Translations under genes and position numbers: made by a program
The notes under the pieces: generated by a model
What the model saw: only the letters and a program-made list of their open reading frames with translations
Told to the model about the DNA's origin: nothing
The model's database searches: none
Shown here: positions 20,401 through 29,400 of the stretch, one piece after another
How positions within the stretch are numbered: position 1 is the stretch's first letter
Layout: every line of letters starts with the position of its first letter
DNA from: Patescibacteria group bacterium
Lineage (GTDB): Bacteria > Patescibacteriota > Patescibacteriia > Magasanikbacterales > UBA922
Length of the DNA stretch: 64,000 nt
Assembly: GCA_041651535.1 (NCBI GenBank)
Contig: JBAZIZ010000002.1
Location: 82,059 to 146,058, forward strand
Direction of reading: 5' to 3'

Positions 20401-23400
20401 GCAGAGCAGTCACTACACCTGCTGTAGTTGTAGCTGGAGCATAAATTTCAAAATGTAAATCAGAAATTTCAGCAATCGCTTCATTTGAATAACTAGAAAA
20501 TAATTCACTATTATTTGCAGTTTCTCCGATATGAGCTCTGACTCGATATTTATAGGTATTTGAAGAAGTTGAAGAAACAGTATGTAAATAAGTTCTGATA
20601 TTTTGTCCAGTTTGATCGTTGCCAGAATCTATTTCATTCCACGAACCACTATTTATTGATTCTTCTATTCTAAATCCGCTTTCAAACAAAGAATTATCCA
20701 CCCAACTTATTTGAACTTGGGTTTCATTTACTATTGCAGAAATTACAGAAGATGGAGCAACTGGAGTTGTATATTCATAAATAGAATAAGAATCATCAGA
20801 ATAAATTCCATCACTAGTTTTTGCTTTGACATTATATAAAAATCTGTTATTTGTTGTTATTTGGTAAGTATCACTATATGGTGAAGAAACAGAATAAAAA
20901 GAATTTGATTCATTACTTGTAAAATAATAATCACTACGGAAAATTCTATGTTCATTTGTAATTCCAGTTTGTGAAGTATAATAAACTGAAAATTGGCTGG
21001 AACTTATTCTTTTAGCATAAACATTTATTGGGGCATCAGGTTTTGTAAAATGATAATTAACTTCTGTTGCCCAATCAGAATAACCAATTGAATTAAATCC
21101 TCTAACTCGATATTTTATTTTACTATCTAACGAAACAGAATAATCTCGTGTATTATGAATATTAGCTGAGGTTGTAGTAGCTAAAGACCAATCACCTTCA
21201 GCACAACTAGCTCCAGAACTTGCTAAAACACATTTTTGAATTTCATAACCTGTTTCTACAACTGAATTATCACTCCAACCGATACTGAAATAGGATCCTT
21301 CTTCATCAGAATTCAAAGATGATGCCACACCACTTGGTTTATTTGGAATACCAATCACAGTTAAATAAATTTCACCATTTGCTGAACCGTTATTTACATA
21401 AAGATAAACTGTATTTCTGTCATTTATATTTGATAAAGTCACACTACCTTCCCAAATTCCATCATCAGTAAAATCAGCTTCCGCAATTCCAACCGGACTA
21501 ATGTCACCAATACTAGAACTTATATAAGTATTACCAAGCACAGCAGTTGTCGTATTTAAATATTCATCAAAAGCAGTAACACTTAAAGTAAAAGGAATTG
21601 TTGAAGTCACGGTAGACTGTTGGCTAGAAATAGTAAAACTATCAACTGATGCTGGATCAACTGAGACTCGAAGTTGATAAGAATTATTTTCTGCAGTTGA
21701 ATATGCTAATGTATCGGCATCAATATTATAAGAACCAACTGCTGGTAAAAACATATTTATTTCTGCTTCTCCATTTATAAAATTGATTGAAGTTATTGAA
21801 CCAAAATCAATTTGTTCACCATTAAAATTAATAACTGTTGGCTCAACTCCAGTAATTGATGAAGATGCTCCAGAAAAATAAACATTTTTTTCACCATTAT
21901 AATCACTGACAATATTTCCTCCGCTATCTTTTAAAGCCAAAGTAACTGTGGTTGTAGTTCCGGCTGTAGTTGTAATATCATTTAACGGAGAAAATTCAAA
22001 ATGATAACTTTGTGGTGAAAATACTTCTGTATATTCAGAAAATACTTCTGGAGCAAAAGTGTTTCCAGCAATATGAGATCGAACTCTAAATTGATAATCA
22101 TTGTTTAAATCTACATCAACTAAATCATAAGTTGTAATATTTGCTCCAACAGTATTAGTACTAGTAGTTATTTCACTCCATCCCCCACCATTTATTGAAA
22201 CTTCAATTCTAAATCCATCTTCATAATTTGAATCATCGTCCCAACTTAAACTAATTACAGTAGAGGTACTAAAAATTGCTGCTTGATTTATTGGTTTATT
22301 TGGTTGAGTATAAACATATTCTGTTCCACCAACATAACTTGAATACAAAGCTCCGTTACGCACTGTAGCTGAAATAGCTGAACGCATTTTGAAACGATAA
22401 GCATTATCAGGAGTAGAACTTGCAAAAGAAAAACCAGTCATATCAGCACCAACAGTTGTAATACCATTATTATAAATAGGAGTAAAAACACTAGAAGAAG
22501 CTACAGCATATTCAAGTAAATAACCTGATTCATAAAGTGCGTTATCAGTCCAAACAAATGAAATAGTATTTGATGTTGCTTCAGAAGCATAAAAAGCAGA
22601 AGGTGCTGCTGGTGAAGTAAATTCATAAGCTGAATATACATCACTAGAAATCAAACTTTCTGGAGATGGAGTTTCTGAATGAGAAACATATTTATAACGA
22701 TTATTAGCTAACAAACTTGCAGTGTCCGCATAAGGAGAAGAAGATGACTTACCTAAAAAATTAAAAGTTGAAGAATCACAACCTGCACTATCACAACGAG
22801 AAAAAACATGAGTATTTATAACATTAGCATTGTCTGTAAAATACAAATTAAATCTATTGTCATTTACATAAGTCGCATAAAAATTTGTCGGATAATCTGG
22901 TGTAGTATAATGAATTAAATTATCACTAGCTCCATAAGAAGAAACGATACTACCTGACGCAATTATTTGATACATATAACGACGATCAGCTTGTGGAGCA
23001 TCAAGCGGATTATTTGTGGCATTATCTACAAAACTTTGTGTATTAGTGGAAAGTGTCGCAATAGTTACCCATGTGCCTGGCAAACCTGAACCAGTATCTG
23101 TTTTTTTCTGAACTAAATAACCTGTTTCAATAGTACTTCTGTCTTGCCAAGTAATTTCAAATTCATTATCACTAATATAAGAAACTGCAACTGAACCAGG
23201 TGTGTTTGGTCTACCATTAAATAAAAATGAATCACTACCATTTGCTGAACCATTTACAGCCGTAATTACTACTGTTGGATTTTCATAAATATCAGTAACT
23301 GTTATATTACCTGCCCAAATTCCATCATCAGTAAAATTTGTAGCACTAATTATTGCTGGATTTATAGTTCCAGTTAAAACAGAATTTACATAAAGAGAAA

Positions 23401-26400
23401 GATTTGTATTTCCAGAAACACTCAAAGTATTATTATAATATGTGTCTAAAGCATAAACAGTGATCATTGTTGAGGAATTATAATTTATAGTTGCTGGAGC
23501 ATCAATCAAAAATCTATTCAAAGAATTTCCCACAACTGTAACTCCAAGAGAATAGCTATTATCAGCATTAGTTGAATAAAAATTATCTGTCACTTCTAAA
23601 ACAGCGTTTTCTGCTCGATATAAAATTAAATTACAAGAAGCAACACCGTTTGTAAAAGTAATTGTAGTTGTATTACCAAAAACAATTGGGCTATTATTTT
23701 TATCACTACAAGTTGGTACTATACCATTTACAGAAGAAGATGCTCCACTAAAAAATAATTCCTTATCACCAGACCAAAAAGTAGAAGTATTACCATTTAA
23801 ATCTTTTAAAATAATAGAAATAGTTTGTGAATTTCCAGCAATCTGACTACTATTACCTTTTATTTCATAATGAAAATCAGTTGATAAAACTTGTGAGCCG
23901 GCGCTATCACCACTATATAATTCAGAATTATTATCAGTTGCTGAAATGTAAGCTCGAACTTTAAATTGTAAATCATTTTGACTTGTTGGTGAAGAAAATA
24001 AATAAGTTTTTACATTTTGTCCGACTGTGGCTCCAGATATTACTGGTTCAAAATTTGAACCACCATCATAACTTACCTGAATTTCAAAACCATTTTCATA
24101 AGTTGAATTATCTTTCCAAGATAAAAACCATTGATTTGAACTAACTTGATAAAATTTTAAATCTGATGGTGTAGCTGGAGCTGTATATTCATAAGCTGAA
24201 TAAGCAAATGTGGAAGAAACATTAATAATTTCAGTTGCTGGAGCATCTGGAGGAACTATTGCTTTTACTCGATAACGATATCTACTATTACCTGACAAAC
24301 TTGTATCCAAAGTAGAAGTTCCATAAAGAGAAGAAGAAACACTAGAAAAAATATTACTAGCGCAAGAAATTCCCACACATCTATCAAGAGAAAAATAATC
24401 ACTTACTGCTGAATTATCTGTAAAAGTTAAATCAAATTTTAATGGTGAAGAATTATAAGTCGCGAGTAAATTACTTGGAGTACCAGGAACAGTATAATGA
24501 GCTACTGGATCACTGCCATAAGAAACTGAATAACCAACTGAATTAAAAGATCTAACACGATATTTATATCTTTCATTGCTTTGTGGAGGATCAATAATGT
24601 TATTTGCTACATTATCAATAAAACTATTGGTAGCTTGGGTTGTCGTTGCAATTGCTACCCAATTATTTCCAAAACCACTTCCTGTATCAGTATCTCTTTC
24701 TACCACAAAACCACTAGCAACTCCGCCAGAAGTATCACTCCAAGTTATTCTAAAAGAATTTAACGCAAAATAACTTGCAGCAACACCAGAAGGGGCAGTG
24801 GGAATTCCAACAGCTGACAAAAATACACTGCTTGTTGTAATGTTCCCATCATAATCATTATAATAATCAATTCTCAAAGTTTCTAAATTTGTTACGTTAT
24901 TAATCGTAAAATAAGTTTCTGCTAAACCATCATCAGTAAATTCACTAGATGAAACAATTGTTGGGCTAATAGACGCAAAAGTATCAACTGTGCTAGTGAC
25001 TGAAACTTGTGTGTCACTATTTACATAATTTGTTATATTTCCAAAAGCATCTTTAGAAATACTATCAATCGTAAAAGGAATACCAGAGATAACATTTGCT
25101 GATGATGATAAAATAAATTCATTTAAAATTTGAGAACCTACTGTCACTATTAAAGCATAATCATTGGAACCAGAAGTATTAAAATTATTTCCCGAAACAT
25201 CTATTTGAACTGTCTCATTTTTATAAAGTTTAAGAGTCGTTGTCGCTTCCCCATTTATAAAATTTAAAGTGGTAGTAGAACCAAAATTTCTATTATTTTC
25301 AAAGATATCTTTTGCTGTCGGACGATCAGAATATGGACTATTGTTTGCTCCATAAAAAATAATATCGTAATTTCCATTATAGGTACTACTGACTGAACCA
25401 AATTCATCAATCAAAAATATAGAAATAACCAAATCTTCTCCGGCAGTTACACTAGCAGAAGAAGCTCCTGATTTTCTCACTTCATAATGAGGAGGCGCAG
25501 TGACAAAAGTAAAATTTATATTATTACCACTATCGACACAACCATTAATACATAAAACTGCCGAACTATTGAAATTTACTATATCTTTGACATCCAAAAA
25601 TTCTACTGCTCTAGCGCCAGCAAAATCTATATTTGCTTGAGTACCACTGACTGTAGAATGTAAGCTGAGTAAATTGTTTGGAATTCCAGATAAATTTGCC
25701 GAACCTTCGATTTTTATATCTGAGCCAGCAGTAACATATAAAATTTGAGAGGAAGTAACAGTTTTTGTTAAATCATTGAAAACGATAAATCCACCGATAG
25801 TTTGAACTTCACCATTTAAAATCACTAAACCAGAATTAGCATCAAAAATACCTGGAGATAACATCAAAATATTTCCACCTACATATAAAGTAGTAGAAGG
25901 AGCGATAAAATTTCCATTACTACCTTCGAGATTATTATAAATAGAAAAAGAATCCGTAGCTTCATACAAAGGATTAACACTGACCAAATCAGAAATTTCA
26001 CTGACAGGTAAAACACGATAATAAAAAGCTACATCGTCTAAAATACCACTGAAATAATACTGTCCATCTATACGACTTCCTAATCTAGTCAAAGAAAAAG
26101 GAGTAAGTCCAGTAGAAGAAAGACATTGTTCTACTAAAATACCATCACGATAAATTTTCCAATCAACATTACTACCAGTAACATTTATTGTCGAAGTATA
26201 ATGATGCCAACCAGTAGTAAGATTTGTATTACAAGTAATTTGATTAGAAGAAGCATCTCTCAAAGAATTATACAATGTTCCACCAATGTTACTAAAAAAA
26301 TAATCATAAACAGAACCACCAGCAATCGGGACCTGAGTGTTTGAAAGATTAGAATAATTTATCCAAGCAGACACAGAAAATGTTTTATCCAATTCACCAT

Positions 26401-29400
26401 GACTTGCTGAAACATAATCATCTACTCCATCAAAACTTAATCCAAAATTATTTTTTCCAGCTACCCAAGTAGGAGCTAAACTACCAGCGCCTAAAGTCCC
26501 ATGTCTTCCGTTGCCAGATAAATCATTGATTGTGTTTCCACTTCCTTCATCCATGTTCCAATAACTAAGTAGCCCAGATTTTAAATTTCCGGCTAACTTT
26601 TTAACATCTTCAGCTTTGATCGCTTTATTATAAATTTTTACTTCATCTAGAACACCTTTATAAGCACGAGCGCTAGAATAAGCAGAATATCCAAAATATA
26701 AATTACTGGATGCACAAGTATATTTAGACCAAGTGTAGCTACCAGCCAAAACACCGTCAATATACAGACTCATATATCTACCATCATAAGTACCGACCAT
26801 ATGATGCCAATTATTATCAGTTACAACTCCTTTTATGAGACTATAATATCCCACTCCCCAACCACCGCTGTTATCTCCTACTGTATAAGTAATAGTTTTT
26901 GCTGTTTTTTCTTTCAACCCAATAGCCCAACCTGCCAAACCATAATCAGGACCAAATTTTTCAATAAGTGTTGGGTAATCATTTGCTTGTGTACCAGCTT
27001 TCATCCAAAATTCTACGGAAAAATTAGCTGTACAAAAATAATTACTAGCTCCAAAATTTACAAAATCACTACCATCAAAAGAAACAGCTGAGCCAGATTT
27101 TCCACTTGTCCAAGTCGGCGCTGAACCACCAGTACCAAAAACTCCATTCATGCCATTACCTGATTGATCATAAACTGTAGTTCCATTACCTTCGTCCATA
27201 CTCCAATAAGCAATCAAATTATCATTCATATCCCCGACTGTATTAAAAATATCATCACCATCTGTAAAATTTATTTTTAAATTATAATAATAAGGAAATA
27301 AAGTATCATAAAAAGTAGCTAAGCCATCATTATTTCCCACATAAGAAACAGTACCAGAATCAGTATCATTTACTAAATTTGTATATTCATTACCAGCGAC
27401 GTCTAGAGTACCTTCATTAAAAAAATTTGTTGGAGAAGATAAAATCAAAGTATTAGAATTTAAAAACAAAGTTCCATCTTCATTTATTTGTAAATAACCA
27501 TTTACTGTCAAACTAGAATTATTTAAACGAAAAATAGAACCTTCTATACCATTTATTATCATATTACCCACACTACTTGCTGATAAAATATTATAAGTAC
27601 CTGTGTTTGTCCTATAATATTCAACGATACTATTATTAGCAAATTGCGGATAACCGGTATTAAAAGAATAAGTAGCACCGCTCATAAGACGAAGTCTGGC
27701 ATCATTAGCAACTATAAAAGTTGATCCGCTTCCTGTCACTCTAAGACTTTTATCTGATAAATCAAAAGTACCAGAATTTAAAAGTAGATTTTTTGAATTA
27801 TCCATTGTCAAATCTGATAAAAGAAGCAAAGACCCGCCTGTTTTATTTATTCTAATTTCTCCATCAAGACTTGAAACTACGGTATTTAAATTTATATTTT
27901 GTTCATTATCTCCAGAAAAAGTAATAAGTGGTTGAATAAAACCATCAGTAATTTCTAAATTTCCTCTGAGATTTAAATTGGAAACAGTGTTATCTCCATA
28001 AATATATCCTTTACTGATCAAAGTATCACCATATATATTTACAGTATCACTACCAGCAATTTGTAGATAATAAGAATTGCTAGATTTATTGAGTTTAAAA
28101 TTATAAAAATTTATAGACGAAACTACATCTAAAGTCGTATAACTACTTCCTCTAAAATCTACCGTTCCAATCCCTGGATCAAAAATACCACCAGTATGAG
28201 TGAAATTATTATAAAAATAAGCATTACCTTGCGGGGCGTTGAAAATTCCACCAGACAAAGTAAAAAGAGAATTAAAATATAAATTATGAGATCCAAAAGT
28301 AGCAGTTCCATTTGAATGAGTGTAAGAACCAGCAAAATTCCAATTGGTATTAGTAGTGCTTAAATTTCCGCCGGATTGAAAAGAGGCTGTACTAAATTGC
28401 AATTGTCCACCTTGCCCAATGTAATGAGTATTTCCAGCAGTAGTTTCAATAGTATAAGCATAGGTAGTGGCACTTGGACCATAAACAGTGGTAGATGCCC
28501 CAGCAAAAACAAGACGAGGTAAGTATGTTCCACCAGCAATAGACAATGTTTGCGATCCTGTGCCTGCTAAAAGTAATTGCACTATATTTCTCGCACTTGG
28601 AGTTATATATGTTGATTCTACCACTACATCACCTCTTGCTTCCAAAGCTGAATAAGTATTTCCTCCATAAAGCCAGCCGATATTTTTAAGCGTAGTTGTC
28701 CCAGTGACAACTATCCTATCATTATCATCTATTCGTAAATGATAACCAGCATATGATTTATTTAAAACAAAATTATTGAAAGTGACTGAATTTCCAGTAG
28801 TTGCTACTACATTGATATTCTGATCAACAGTAGATCCCACAAAATGCACTGTTCCACTTCCTCCACCAAAGACACCGCCAGTATGAGTGAAATTATTATA
28901 AAAATAAGCATTGCCTTGTGGGGCGTTGAAAATTCCACCAGACAAAGTAAAAAGAGAATTAAAATATAAATTATGAGATCCAAAAGTAGCAGTTCCATTT
29001 GAATGAGTGTAAGAACCAGCAAAATTCCAATTGGTATTAGTAGTGCTTAAATTTCCGCCGGATTGAAAAGAGGCTGTACTAAATTGCAATTGTCCACCTT
29101 GCCCAATGTAATGAGTATTTCCAGCAGTAGTTTCAATAGTATAAGCATAGGTAGTGGCACTTGGACCATAAACAGTGGTAGATGCCCCAGCAAAAACAAG
29201 ACGAGGTAAGTATGTTCCACCAGCAATAGACAATGTTTGCGATCCTGTGCCTGCTAAAAGTAATTGCACTGTATTTCTCGCACTTGGAGTTATATATGTT
29301 GATTCTACCACTACATCACCTCTTGCTTCCAAAGCTGAATAAGTATTTCCTCCATAAAGCCAGCCGACATTTTTAAGCGTAGTTGTCCCAGTGACAACTA